From: an uncultured Nitrososphaerota archaeon
GTDB lineage: Archaea > Thermoproteota > CAYNNH01
Length of the DNA stretch: 39,345 nucleotides
Direction of reading: 5' to 3'
Assembly: GCA_964398605.1 (NCBI GenBank)
Contig: CAYNNH010000002.1
Coordinates: 1 to 39,345, forward strand
How positions within the stretch are numbered: position 1 is the stretch's first letter; every line of letters begins with the position of its first letter. The notes under the pieces are model-generated. The model made no database searches, had not been told where the DNA came from, and worked only from the letters and a program-made list of their open reading frames with translations. Shown one piece after another: positions 22,863-31,757 of this stretch. The position numbers and the translations under genes are program-made.

Positions 22863-25774
22863 TTCTTCTCGAAGCGACTCGGCGGGGTTTCCTCGCCCGC
22901 GAGCAATAGGGAAATTTCCTTCGCCCGCGTCTCAGTCTTGACGTACTCCAGATTCGCGCGCAACCAAGAGCGTTCTTTCTCGGAAGGGAGGACGATCCAT
23001 AAGTCTACGTAAGCCTCCACGGGAAGGTCGGCTCTCTTCCTCATTTCTTGAATTCTGCGCACGACATCTTTGACGAAGCCTTCGGCGAGCAAGTCCTCGG
23101 TGAGTTGCACGTCTAAGCAAACGACGCAGAAAGGTAATTCCTTGATGGCGTATCCCTCCCCCGGCAAGGACTTAGCCTCCTCGGGCGGGCAGGTTCGCAC
23201 GTTCTTCACGTTGCAAGCGCTTAAGAGGATGGACGAGAAAAGCTCCACCACGTCTCCGACATCCCCCGCGAGGACTATTTCGCGGAGGGGTTGGCGTGCC
23301 TTAATCCCGTGCTCCTTTCTCAATGAGAGGACGGCGCTCACTACTGCTTTGGTCTTCTCCATGGCGGAGAGGATTTTTTCGTCCACCAAAGATGGGTCTG
23401 CTTCGGGCCAAGAGAGCATCCCCACGGAATCGGGACCTCCTTCAGTAGGCCTCACGAAGCGCTGATAGAGCTCCTCAGCTATGAACGGGACAAAGGGCGA
23501 AAGCATGATCAGCAACTCCTTCAACACCTTGTACAGGACCACGTAGCAGGCGATCTTGTGGGGGACGTGCCGCTCCTCCCAAACCCTGCGTCTTATGAGG
23601 CGGACGTACCACCTGCTCAATTCCTCGACGAAGAACTCGCGCAAAGTCCTCGCCGCATCGTGGATCCTATATGCGTCCAGTGCTTCCGTTACCTCCCGCT
23701 TCAACGATTCGAACCTCGCTAGCAACCAGCGATCCTCGGGAAAGGCGTGCTCGAGGGCGTAATCCATCGAGTAAGAACCGGGATCGAACTTGTCCAGCGA
23801 CATGTAGAGGCTCGCGAAGTAGCAGGTGTTCCATAGGATTTGGAGGTCCCTCCACGCCCTCTCCACCGCCGTCCAGTCGAAGCTCATGTCGTCCCAAGCC
23901 GTGCACTGCAGTTCGTAAAAGCGCAGAGCGTCCCGGCTATACTTCTCGATGACTTCTTCAGGATAGATGACGTTCCCGAGTGATTTGTGCATGGGCATCC
24001 CCTTCGGGTCGAGGGCGAATCCGTGCACGAGAACCTTCTTGTAGGCTGGCCTGTCGAAGCCTATGATCCCCGAGAGGAGGAGGGTGTAGAACCAGCCCCT
24101 CGTTTGGTCGTGGCCCTCTATGATGAGGTCGGGAGGCCACCACCGCTCAAATTCCTCCCTTTCCTGCGGGAACCTCAAGCAAGCCCAAGAAGCTATTCCG
24201 GAATCCATCCAAACGTCCAAGACGTCGGGAACTCTCCTAGCTGTCCCCCCGCACGAGCAAGGGAAAGTTATCTCGTCGACGAAAGGCCTGTGGAGCTCTA
24301 GGTCGGAGAGGTCCCTCCCGCAAAGTTCGGAAAGCTCCTTCTTGGAGCCCACCACGTAGATTTTGCCGCACTTCTCGCAGATCCAGACGGGCATGGGAGC
24401 CCCCCAAAACCTCTGACGGCTTATGACCCAATCCCTAGCGTTCTCCAGCCAATCCTTGAACCGAGCATCTCCCATCCAGGGCGGGATCCACTCAGTTTCG
24501 CGATACTTCTCGAGGAGTTGGCGGGGGTCGACCTTGATGAACCATTGCTGGGTGGCGCGTACGATGAGCCTCGACTTGCACCTCCAGCAGTGGGGATATC
24601 GGTGGTAGAGGGAGCCCTCCGTCAGGAGCAAACCTTTCTTCTTCAGGTCTTCTACGATGACGGGGTTTGCCTCGAAAACGTTCATGCCCGCGTATTTGCC
24701 CGCTTCCTCGGTAAAACGCCCGTCGGGGCCTACCGGGGACAGGACGGGCAAGCCGTACTTTATCCCGACGAGCCAGTCTTCTTCGCCGTGACCGGGGGCC
24801 GTGTGCACGCAGCCCGTCCCTTCCTCCATGGTCACGAACTCCTCGCTGAGCACGACCACGTGGGCGTTCTCGAGTTCTCGATGGACGGGGACTTCTTCCG
24901 AAAGCGGATGGCGGTACTTGAGGCCTTCCAGCTCCCTGCCCGCGAACGTTTCGAGGACTTTCCACGCCTTCCCGAGGGGGGCGAGGGTCTCGTAGCACCT
25001 CGCGCTCGCGAGTATGTAGACTTCGTCCCCCACTTGGATGCGACAGTATTCCGCGTCCGGGTGGACCATCACGGCGACGTTCGCGGGTATGGTCCAAGGA
25101 GTGGTCGTCCAAATGAGGATGTACTCCCGCTCCCTCCCCTCGACGGGGAACTTCACGACGATGGAGGGATCTTCGACTTCGCGGTATTCTTGAGCTACTT
25201 CCGCGTGGGAGAGGACGGTTTCGCACCTAGGGCACCACCAAACCGCCTTTTCCATTCGCCGCAAGAGCCCTTTCTCGTGGGCCTTCTTCACGAGCCACCA
25301 CTCGGACTCGATCCACTCGTCCCTCAGCGTCAAGTAGGGCGAATCCCAGTCCATCCAGACGCCAAGCTCCTTAAACTGATTAGTGAGCAAGGAAAGGTTC
25401 TTCTCGACGAGTTTCTTGCACTCCTCGACGAACTTGGCGATCCCTATGCGCTCAATTTCCTTCTTGCTCTTAATCCCCAACGACGACTCAACGGCGACCT
25501 CGATGGGGAGGCCGTGCGTGTCGAAGCCCGGCTGGCACCTCACCCGATGCCCGCGGAGCCACTTGTAGCGCAAAACGCAGTCCTTGAGGATCTTGTTCCA
25601 AGCGGTTCCCACGTGGATGGGATTCGTCACGTACGGGGGACCGTCGAGGAAGTAGAACTTCTTCCCTTCTCTCTGCATGAGTTTGCGGACAATCTTCTTC
25701 TCTTCCCAATAGCGGAGAATGCGTGGTTCGTATTCCTTGGGGTCATATTTCTTCGGGATTAGCGGAACCACCAT
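22811..25774 (-). CDS. ileS: Isoleucyl-tRNA synthetase (archaeal type)
   Basis: The HIGH region is PPYVTNPIHVGTAWNKILKD. It has the CP1 editing-domain blocks, WCPRCETVLSHAEV and WISRQRFWG-type motifs. The KMSKS region reads PMHKSLGN. Length is 987 aa. Confidence 0.9.
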   Translation of the reverse strand: MVVPLIPKKYDPKEYEPRILRYWEEKKIVRKLMQREGKKFYFLDGPPYVTNPIHVGTAWNKILKDCVLRYKWLRGHRVRCQPGFDTHGLPIEVAVESSLGIKSKKEIERIGIAKFVEECKKLVEKNLSLLTNQFKELGVWMDWDSPYLTLRDEWIESEWWLVKKAHEKGLLRRMEKAVWWCPRCETVLSHAEVAQEYREVEDPSIVVKFPVEGREREYILIWTTTPWTIPANVAVMVHPDAEYCRIQVGDEVYILASARCYETLAPLGKAWKVLETFAGRELEGLKYRHPLSEEVPVHRELENAHVVVLSEEFVTMEEGTGCVHTAPGHGEEDWLVGIKYGLPVLSPVGPDGRFTEEAGKYAGMNVFEANPVIVEDLKKKGLLLTEGSLYHRYPHCWRCKSRLIVRATQQWFIKVDPRQLLEKYRETEWIPPWMGDARFKDWLENARDWVISRQRFWGAPMPVWICEKCGKIYVVGSKKELSELCGRDLSDLELHRPFVDEITFPCSCGGTARRVPDVLDVWMDSGIASWACLRFPQEREEFERWWPPDLIIEGHDQTRGWFYTLLLSGIIGFDRPAYKKVLVHGFALDPKGMPMHKSLGNVIYPEEVIEKYSRDALRFYELQCTAWDDMSFDWTAVERAWRDLQILWNTCYFASLYMSLDKFDPGSYSMDYALEHAFPEDRWLLARFESLKREVTEALDAYRIHDAARTLREFFVEELSRWYVRLIRRRVWEERHVPHKIACYVVLYKVLKELLIMLSPFVPFIAEELYQRFVRPTEGGPDSVGMLSWPEADPSLVDEKILSAMEKTKAVVSAVLSLRKEHGIKARQPLREIVLAGDVGDVVELFSSILLSACNVKNVRTCPPEEAKSLPGEGYAIKELPFCVVCLDVQLTEDLLAEGFVKDVVRRIQEMRKRADLPVEAYVDLWIVLPSEKERSWLRANLEYVKTETRAKEISLLLAGEETPPSRFEKKWRIGEKEVLIGMNWAD

Positions 25775-25800
25775 CGCAAGCTAGAGAGAAGGAAATACCG

Positions 25801-25808
25801 TAAATAAA
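25801..25808. promoter_or_regulatory. AT-rich taaataaa element in the 53-bp ileS/aglB divergent spacer, a candidate shared or bidirectional TATA box
   Basis: It is centred about 24 nt upstream of the aglB GTG at 25828, and about 31 nt upstream of the ileS ATG at 25774 on the other strand (tttattta). Confidence 0.35.
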
Positions 25809-25827
25809 GGTCAAGGCTAGCTTATGG

Positions 25828-27915
25828 GTGAGCGCCCTCAAGAAGGTGTTTAGTAAGAAGAAAATAGCGGCCGCCTTCTCCACCATGCGTAAGAACGTGC
25901 CGAAAATGCGTCTTAGGACAGTTTTGGAGGTTTTCGCCGTGACCCTCGCCGCTTTGGTCGCCCTGTTGGTGAGGTTATTGCCCTTAAGGTGGGGCGCGGA
26001 ACTCTCCGAGTTCGACCCATACTACCACTACTATGTCGCGGAGTTTTTCGCGGAACGTTGGCCGAAGGTGTGGGAGATCACGACGTGGAGGATTTACAAC
26101 ATGTGGTACCCCTACGGGAGGCAGGTGCTTCCCACCACGCCGCCTGGACTTCCTCTCACCGCCGCGGTCATCTACCTGTTCCTGCGATCCCTAGGGGCGA
26201 ACGTAACCCTTTACGATGTGTGCGTATACTTCCCGCCTTTTATGGCCGCTTTGACGTGCGTTGCCGTATATTTCTTCGCGAGGGATCACTACGGGAAGGC
26301 CGTGGGGATATTCTCCTCCCTCTTCCTCGCCGTTAATTCCGGATATATCACGAGGACTTACCTAGGCTTCTTCAAGCACGAGTCGCTGGGCATTCTCCTC
26401 ATTGTGCTCGTGGCTTTCCTTTTCTTGAGGGCGCTCGACGAGCGAAGGAGTTTCAAGCAAACGATCACATACGCCGTTTTGGCGGGCTTGACGCAAGGAT
26501 ATCTGAGCGTTAGCTGGACAGCCTACTTGTATACCCTCGACCTCATAGCCCTCTTCGTCATGGCGCTTTGCTTGATAGGAAGATACGACAGGAGAATTTT
26601 ACTCGCCTACGCCTCCTTCGTAGGCGCCGACTACACCATCATGTTGTTCACACCAAGAACTCTCGGGAGGATGAAGGGAATCGAATCCGTCCTCATCATC
26701 CTCGCTTTCCTCATCGCTTGCGTATGCGAACTAAGTCGAAGGATCGAGGATCGAAGGACGAAAATAAAAGTAATCGGGGGCATTACGGGCACTTTGGTCG
26801 TATTAGTTTTGACTAGCGTGGTGTTTGGGTTCATCTTAATGCCGAAAGGAAAGCTCTTGGGCGCGATAAACCCAGCCATGCGATCCCCCATTGTGAGCTC
26901 GGTAGCGGAACACAGACCCATGACGTGGGCATCCCTCTTCTACGATTACGGAATCCTGCTCATCTTAGCGTGTTTCGGTTGCATAATTTTGCTTAGAAGG
27001 CTGACCAACGTCGACCTGTTCATGACGCTTTACGGGATCACGGCGTTATATTTCGCGAGCTCCATGGCGAGGCTGACTTTGGTGCTGGCCCCAGCGATTT
27101 GCGTGTTGTCTTCGATAGGACTCGTCTACTTGGTGCGCTCTTTCAGGCAAATAGCGAGGAAAGGAAAGCTACCAGCGAGGAAGCTTCTGAAACGGATGCC
27201 TTCTGAGTTAGGGTGGCTAGGCATTGTGGCATTATTCGTCCTCCTCCTTCCCACTCTCTGGAGGGGGATCTTGACCGCATATACCCCGGCGACCATCATA
27301 TGTGCCAGCGTCCCCGTGGGCAGGAATTACCAAGGTGAGTACACCGACTGGCTAGAGGCTGTTGCTTGGATTAGGGAGAACTTGCCCAAGGACGCGGTAG
27401 TGGCGTGCTGGTGGGACTACGGATATTGGGTCTCAATACCGGGCAATAGAACTTCCCTCGCCGACAACGCGACAATAAACACAACGCAGATAGCCAACAT
27501 AGCCCGCATGTTCCTCTCTGAGGAAAGGGTAGCTGTGAAAATACTGCATCGATATGATGCAGACTATGTCCTCGTCTTCACGACATTGGGCAAGAACATG
27601 ATGTATGGGGATGAAGCGAAGTGGCCGTGGATGGCCCAGATATCGGGCATGACGGGCAGGAACACGACGGTTCTCGTCGACCCCGACCTGCGGAAGCAGA
27701 ATCTCTACCTGCCGAGGAAGGAGTTCGTTATCACGAAGCTCATTATCTACACGGCGTACTACGACAAGGCGACGGGGAGGTGCTCTAGGTACAAGGACAT
27801 CTATAAAGAAGATGCCCCCGAGTTCTTCGACCTCGTCTTCGTTTCCTCGAACAACATGGTAGGCATATTCGAGGTGAATTATGAGAAAGCGAGGGCAGAG
27901 GGAATAATTAGCTAA
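25828..27915 (+). CDS. aglB: Oligosaccharyltransferase AglB (STT3 homolog)
   Basis: Multi-TM N-terminal domain with FDPYYHYY and the catalytic WWDYGYW (nt 27409-27429). The following block is strongly eukaryotic-STT3-like. The start is GTG 25828, or ATG 25885/25906. Confidence 0.9.
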   Translation: MSALKKVFSKKKIAAAFSTMRKNVPKMRLRTVLEVFAVTLAALVALLVRLLPLRWGAELSEFDPYYHYYVAEFFAERWPKVWEITTWRIYNMWYPYGRQVLPTTPPGLPLTAAVIYLFLRSLGANVTLYDVCVYFPPFMAALTCVAVYFFARDHYGKAVGIFSSLFLAVNSGYITRTYLGFFKHESLGILLIVLVAFLFLRALDERRSFKQTITYAVLAGLTQGYLSVSWTAYLYTLDLIALFVMALCLIGRYDRRILLAYASFVGADYTIMLFTPRTLGRMKGIESVLIILAFLIACVCELSRRIEDRRTKIKVIGGITGTLVVLVLTSVVFGFILMPKGKLLGAINPAMRSPIVSSVAEHRPMTWASLFYDYGILLILACFGCIILLRRLTNVDLFMTLYGITALYFASSMARLTLVLAPAICVLSSIGLVYLVRSFRQIARKGKLPARKLLKRMPSELGWLGIVALFVLLLPTLWRGILTAYTPATIICASVPVGRNYQGEYTDWLEAVAWIRENLPKDAVVACWWDYGYWVSIPGNRTSLADNATINTTQIANIARMFLSEERVAVKILHRYDADYVLVFTTLGKNMMYGDEAKWPWMAQISGMTGRNTTVLVDPDLRKQNLYLPRKEFVITKLIIYTAYYDKATGRCSRYKDIYKEDAPEFFDLVFVSSNNMVGIFEVNYEKARAEGIIS

Positions 27916-28669
27916 TATAGCTGGGCATCCGCTCTTTAAACTCCTTGATCCTCTCCCTGAAATCTTCGACGAACTTCTTCCTTGCGATTTCTGCTTTCTT
28001 TATGTCATCGTCGAGCTTCGAGTAGTCTATCTTTAGTCCTAAGAGCTTCTCGAGGATTTTGAGAACCGCCTTTGCGGCGCTGAAATCCTCGGCGTATCCC
28101 CTCGTTTCCCCCAAGAGGACGAGCCCGTCTATTCCGTAAAACTGAGCCAGAGCCACCAGAATTCCCGCCATCCCGACTATGGGCGTCGCGGAAGCTGGGG
28201 TAATGCCCAAGGCCTTCACTTTTTCCTCTCCCCGCCGCCCTATGTACGCAGCGAAGACCCTACGCTCCTTCTCCCTGCAAGGAGCTCTGAAGCCCGCCAA
28301 CACGATGAGTTCGGAAACCCCCAACTTCTTCGCGAATTTAATGATCTCCTCCGATATGGAGTAATGTCCCTCCAAGCTCTCCGCTTGGCTATCCCCGGTG
28401 AGCAAAATGAGGTCTCGGCCCCCTCCTTTCGCGTGGTAGAAGTAGCACTTGAGGAGGTGCACCATTCCTTCTTCGTCGACGAGCACGTAATAGGGGAGGT
28501 GATACGAGATGAGCTCGGCGAATTTCTCCGCTTTTAGGGAGCTTATGAGGTATTCGACAGCGAGCTTGCCCACGTACCCCACTCCAGGAAGCCCGCTTAT
28601 CAAAATCGGGTTTTTGAAGGAGACTTTCTTCAGCTCGTTGATCCACGTCTCCATTCTCTTATCTTCCAC
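27908..28669 (-). CDS. PAC2-family protein (proteasome assembly chaperone-like, COG1938)
   Basis: NPILISGLPGVGYVGKLAVEYLI is typical of archaeal PAC2 proteins. The alternative start is ATG 28654. Its 3' end overlaps the aglB 3' end by 8 nt. Confidence 0.7.
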   Translation of the reverse strand: MEDKRMETWINELKKVSFKNPILISGLPGVGYVGKLAVEYLISSLKAEKFAELISYHLPYYVLVDEEGMVHLLKCYFYHAKGGGRDLILLTGDSQAESLEGHYSISEEIIKFAKKLGVSELIVLAGFRAPCREKERRVFAAYIGRRGEEKVKALGITPASATPIVGMAGILVALAQFYGIDGLVLLGETRGYAEDFSAAKAVLKILEKLLGLKIDYSKLDDDIKKAEIARKKFVEDFRERIKEFKERMPSYIS

Positions 28670-28809
28670 ATACGCCGATATTTGCCGTATTTATCGTCCA
28701 TCCTGAACTTCGGGGGATAAGGCGAAATCGTCTTCTCGCCACAGGAAGGGCAGGTATCCTTCAGCGTGTAGCGGCCACACTTGGGACACTTCCTAAGGAG
28801 CTTAGGCAT
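28630..28809 (-). CDS. nop10: H/ACA RNP component Nop10 (59 aa; absent from the supplied ORF track)
   Basis: My hand translation is [53 protein letters not shown]..., the Nop10 Zn-ribbon and PP.F signature. The ATG overlaps the aIF2alpha stop by 8 nt, and the tail overlaps the PAC2 start by 40 nt. Confidence 0.85.
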   Translation of the reverse strand: MPKLLRKCPKCGRYTLKDTCPSCGEKTISPYPPKFRMDDKYGKYRRMWKIREWRRGSTS

Positions 28810-29587
28810 GCTTCAATCTCTGGAAAGAAACAGTTCCCTTCCCCTTCATCGCACGTTCGACGGTAGAAACCACTATTTGGAGGGCTTTTTCCGCCCTCTT
28901 GTAATCGCTCGCGGTGATCTCCAGCGCGTACTTGGGGGCCCCATCCGCGTAGATTTTGAGCGACACTTCCTTCGGCAACTTCGCCTTGAGAGCTTTCTTG
29001 AACGCTTCTTTGATGATATCCACTCCGTTGGGCTCAAAGCTCCTCATGACGAAGTAGCCTTTGATCTTCGCTTCGGGGAGCTTTATGTAGTGGCGGGCGA
29101 TCGCTCTGAGGCCCTCTACCACTTTAGGATCCAACTTCACTTTCCTAGTGAAGCGGGACGGGTTTCTAAGGAGCACCTCTAGGCCTTGGTAAAGGGAGTT
29201 GAAGGCGCTCAATATGGCGTCGGAGAGTTCTTCCTCGTCCACCTTGAGCTTCTCGGCCGCTCTCGCTATGACGGTGATGGCGGTCTTCTCCCTCTTCCAG
29301 CTTTGCAACTTTTCCTGTTGCTCCTTCTTGCTCACCCGCTTGAGGGATAAGTCGATGTGCCCCCTCTTCTTGTTGACCCTCAGGACTTTGAGGACGAGAC
29401 GCTGGCCTTCTTGGACGACATCCTCGACCCTCCTAACCCACGTGGGCGAGAGCTCGGATATGTGCACGAGGCCTTCCTTGTCGTATTCCTCGAGGTACAC
29501 GTAAGCCCCGTAGTCCTCTATGCGGGTGACCCTAGCGACGACGAGCTCGCCCACTTCGGGCCAAGCTTCCTCTTCCTCCGACATCAT
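28802..29587 (-). CDS. eif2a: Translation initiation factor aIF2 alpha subunit
   Basis: N-terminal S1 domain [37 protein letters not shown]. Length is 261 aa. Confidence 0.9.
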   Translation of the reverse strand: MMSEEEEAWPEVGELVVARVTRIEDYGAYVYLEEYDKEGLVHISELSPTWVRRVEDVVQEGQRLVLKVLRVNKKRGHIDLSLKRVSKKEQQEKLQSWKREKTAITVIARAAEKLKVDEEELSDAILSAFNSLYQGLEVLLRNPSRFTRKVKLDPKVVEGLRAIARHYIKLPEAKIKGYFVMRSFEPNGVDIIKEAFKKALKAKLPKEVSLKIYADGAPKYALEITASDYKRAEKALQIVVSTVERAMKGKGTVSFQRLKHA

Positions 29588-29784
29588 CCCAACTCCGCTA
29601 TTTTCTTACAACCAACGAGCTCGGCCTTCCCTCCAGTCGGGACGGCAAGCACTTCATTACAGCGTAAGCAACGGACGACGGTGGATGCTCTGTCGAATAT
29701 GATTTGCTCGTTTCCGCACTTGTTGCACTTCACCCGTATGAAGCGCGACCTAGGTTGGGGAATGAGTTTCTCCCACTCGCTCAC
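29584..29784 (-). CDS. rps27e: 30S ribosomal protein S27e
   Basis: [42 protein letters not shown]. The GTG start overlaps the L44e stop (GTGA). Confidence 0.9.
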   Translation of the reverse strand: MSEWEKLIPQPRSRFIRVKCNKCGNEQIIFDRASTVVRCLRCNEVLAVPTGGKAELVGCKKIAELG

Positions 29785-30059
29785 CTAACCACCTCCGCCC
29801 TGCTCAGCCTTATGCCCTTGCGGTGGAGGATATGGCCGCACTCCGAGCACTTAAGCTTCAGCACGACCTTCTTCGTCGTTTTCGCCGTCCTTCTCAGCTT
29901 CGGGAACTTCTGGCCGCCGTATCCCTTCTTTTCCATCGCGTGGTGCCTCGCTCCCTTGGCGAGAGCCCTCTCCTTGCCCCTCTTGTATATGCTGACCTTG
30001 TGGACCGTGTGCTTCCTACACCGGGGGCAGTAAGTCCGGATGGTTTTCGGGAACTTCAA
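29781..30059 (-). CDS. rpl44e: 50S ribosomal protein L44e (eL42)
   Basis: [25 protein letters not shown]...LKCSECGH. The TTG start overlaps the GINS stop (TTGA). Confidence 0.9.
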   Translation of the reverse strand: MKFPKTIRTYCPRCRKHTVHKVSIYKRGKERALAKGARHHAMEKKGYGGQKFPKLRRTAKTTKKVVLKLKCSECGHILHRKGIRLSRAEVVR

Positions 30060-30640
30060 AGCTCAATTATCCTCGCCTTGCCGCTCCTTATAAGCGAATC
30101 GGCATTCCTCACGGGGATCGAAGCTACGTCGCCCTTCTTATAAGGCCCGTAGACCTTCGAGTCGGTCCCCAAGAAGGCGGGGACATCTTCGAGGAAGCGA
30201 ACAGAGACCTTCCCTTTGCGGATCATCTCCCCGATGTCCCCCGAGAAGCCGTGCAGAATCCTGCTAATGATGGACTCGCTTATGGGCCTAGCGGAAACGA
30301 GCAGGTCGTATATGACGAACTCTTCTTCGGTGAGGCAAACCGTGGGTACCGTACCTCCTTCACAAACTTTCTGCAGGATCTTCCTCAGCCTCGTCGATAT
30401 GAGTTCCCTCGCCATGAAGCGGGCTCTTTTCAGCTCCTCCTCGAGCAAGCGGTATTGGATCGAGCTCCTATCGAGGAGTTTCTTCTTTTCCTGAAGCTCC
30501 TTGAAGTACTCCGCTAGCCTCTTGTAAAAATCCCTAGAAAGCGTGATGAGTTCTTTCGAGGCCCTCTCTTGGTCGGTCAGCTTCCTCAGCTCATCGTACA
30601 ACTTCCGCGACCCCCGAGCATATGAGGAAAACCGCGACAT
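30056..30640 (-). CDS. GINS subunit, Gins51/Gins15 type (helical A domain then beta-rich B domain)
   Basis: A helical N-terminal half (LTLSRDFYKRLAEYFKEL...) and a C-terminal B domain (KVSVRFLEDVPAFLGTDSKVYGPYKKGDVASIPVRNADSLIRSGKARIIE). It lies directly downstream of priS, as in Sulfolobus. The start is uncertain (ATG 30640, TTG 30601, or track 30688); all candidates are inside the priS 3' end. Confidence 0.65.
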   Translation of the reverse strand: MSRFSSYARGSRKLYDELRKLTDQERASKELITLSRDFYKRLAEYFKELQEKKKLLDRSSIQYRLLEEELKRARFMARELISTRLRKILQKVCEGGTVPTVCLTEEEFVIYDLLVSARPISESIISRILHGFSGDIGEMIRKGKVSVRFLEDVPAFLGTDSKVYGPYKKGDVASIPVRNADSLIRSGKARIIEL

Positions 30641-31757
30641 CTTCGGGCAGTTCCACCACTTCGTTTTCGAAGGGGCCGAAGCGCTCATCCCTCAACCTCA
30701 CTTCCGGGGAGGACGTTACCGAAACGGTCACGGTTTCGGAGTGGGGCAAGACGGGGGACTCCTTGAGCGGGTCGAACGTATCGATGTTTTCGACGGGGCA
30801 CACCAGCAAACCGGTTCCTCCGTGCAGGGAACCGGGCAACCTTATGAGGCGGGCAGTGTCCGTCGTGACGAGGGTATCTATGTGTATGGATGCCTTCTCT
30901 TTCGCCAATTCGAGCAGGTATTTGACGTCCTTCTTCTTGATGGACCTCTTCACGTACACGGATTGGCCAGCGAGTATCCTCTCTATGAGGTCTTCTTGGC
31001 GTTTCCTAACTTCTTCCGCGAGGGTTGGGTCGGGGATTTGGGAGGGATCCTCCACGATGGAGAGAAGGGCCTCCACCAACCTCCTGTTCCAACCCCCGTC
31101 CTCTAGGCGGGGCCACCTCCGGATTTCGTAGCCAACGCCGGTGAAATAATCGGCGATTTCCGCCCTCGCCCTCCCGTCCAGCTGGAGGACAGCCTTTGAA
31201 TCTACGTGGATGTGATACCCCCTCCTCCCCGAGAAGTAAACCTTTATTTCCTTCGAGGAGAAGCCGAAATCCCACTCCAGAACTTCTAACAGGCGCGTAG
31301 TTTCCTCCTTGGCTGCGGCCAAGCATTCATCGCATATCCACTTCTGCTCCTTCAGCGTCTTAGACCCGCAGGAAGGGCACTCTTTCGGGGCCGCACCCTT
31401 CCCGCTCTTCCCGCACGCCAAGCACGTCCACTTGTCGTGGAGCTCCTTGCAGGATGTGGCGATGTGGTCGGCGTCTATGTCGAAGACGAGCTCAGCTCCC
31501 CGCCAGCCTTTCTCTTCCATGGGGAGGGTAGGGCGCTCGTAGTAGGCGGAGGAGTAGTACACGTGGGCGGGAACTTCCCTCCTTATGTAGGCCATGAGTT
31601 CGTCCAGCGTCGAGAAAGATCGGTGCCGCACCATTCCGCCCGAGAAGGGCATGAAAGCGAACTCTCTGTGGGGGATGTCTTTCGGCGGGATCACGCTGTG
31701 CTCGCGGTAATAGCGGGCGAACCTCGAAAAGACGAAGGAGAGGCTCCTCTCGTTCAT
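30591..31757 (-). CDS. priS: DNA primase small (catalytic) subunit PriS
   Basis: It has the catalytic ELVFDIDADH, the Zn motif CLACG...CPSCG, and SGRRGYHIHV. Confidence 0.9.
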   Translation of the reverse strand: MNERSLSFVFSRFARYYREHSVIPPKDIPHREFAFMPFSGGMVRHRSFSTLDELMAYIRREVPAHVYYSSAYYERPTLPMEEKGWRGAELVFDIDADHIATSCKELHDKWTCLACGKSGKGAAPKECPSCGSKTLKEQKWICDECLAAAKEETTRLLEVLEWDFGFSSKEIKVYFSGRRGYHIHVDSKAVLQLDGRARAEIADYFTGVGYEIRRWPRLEDGGWNRRLVEALLSIVEDPSQIPDPTLAEEVRKRQEDLIERILAGQSVYVKRSIKKKDVKYLLELAKEKASIHIDTLVTTDTARLIRLPGSLHGGTGLLVCPVENIDTFDPLKESPVLPHSETVTVSVTSSPEVRLRDERFGPFENEVVELPEDVAVFLICSGVAEVVR

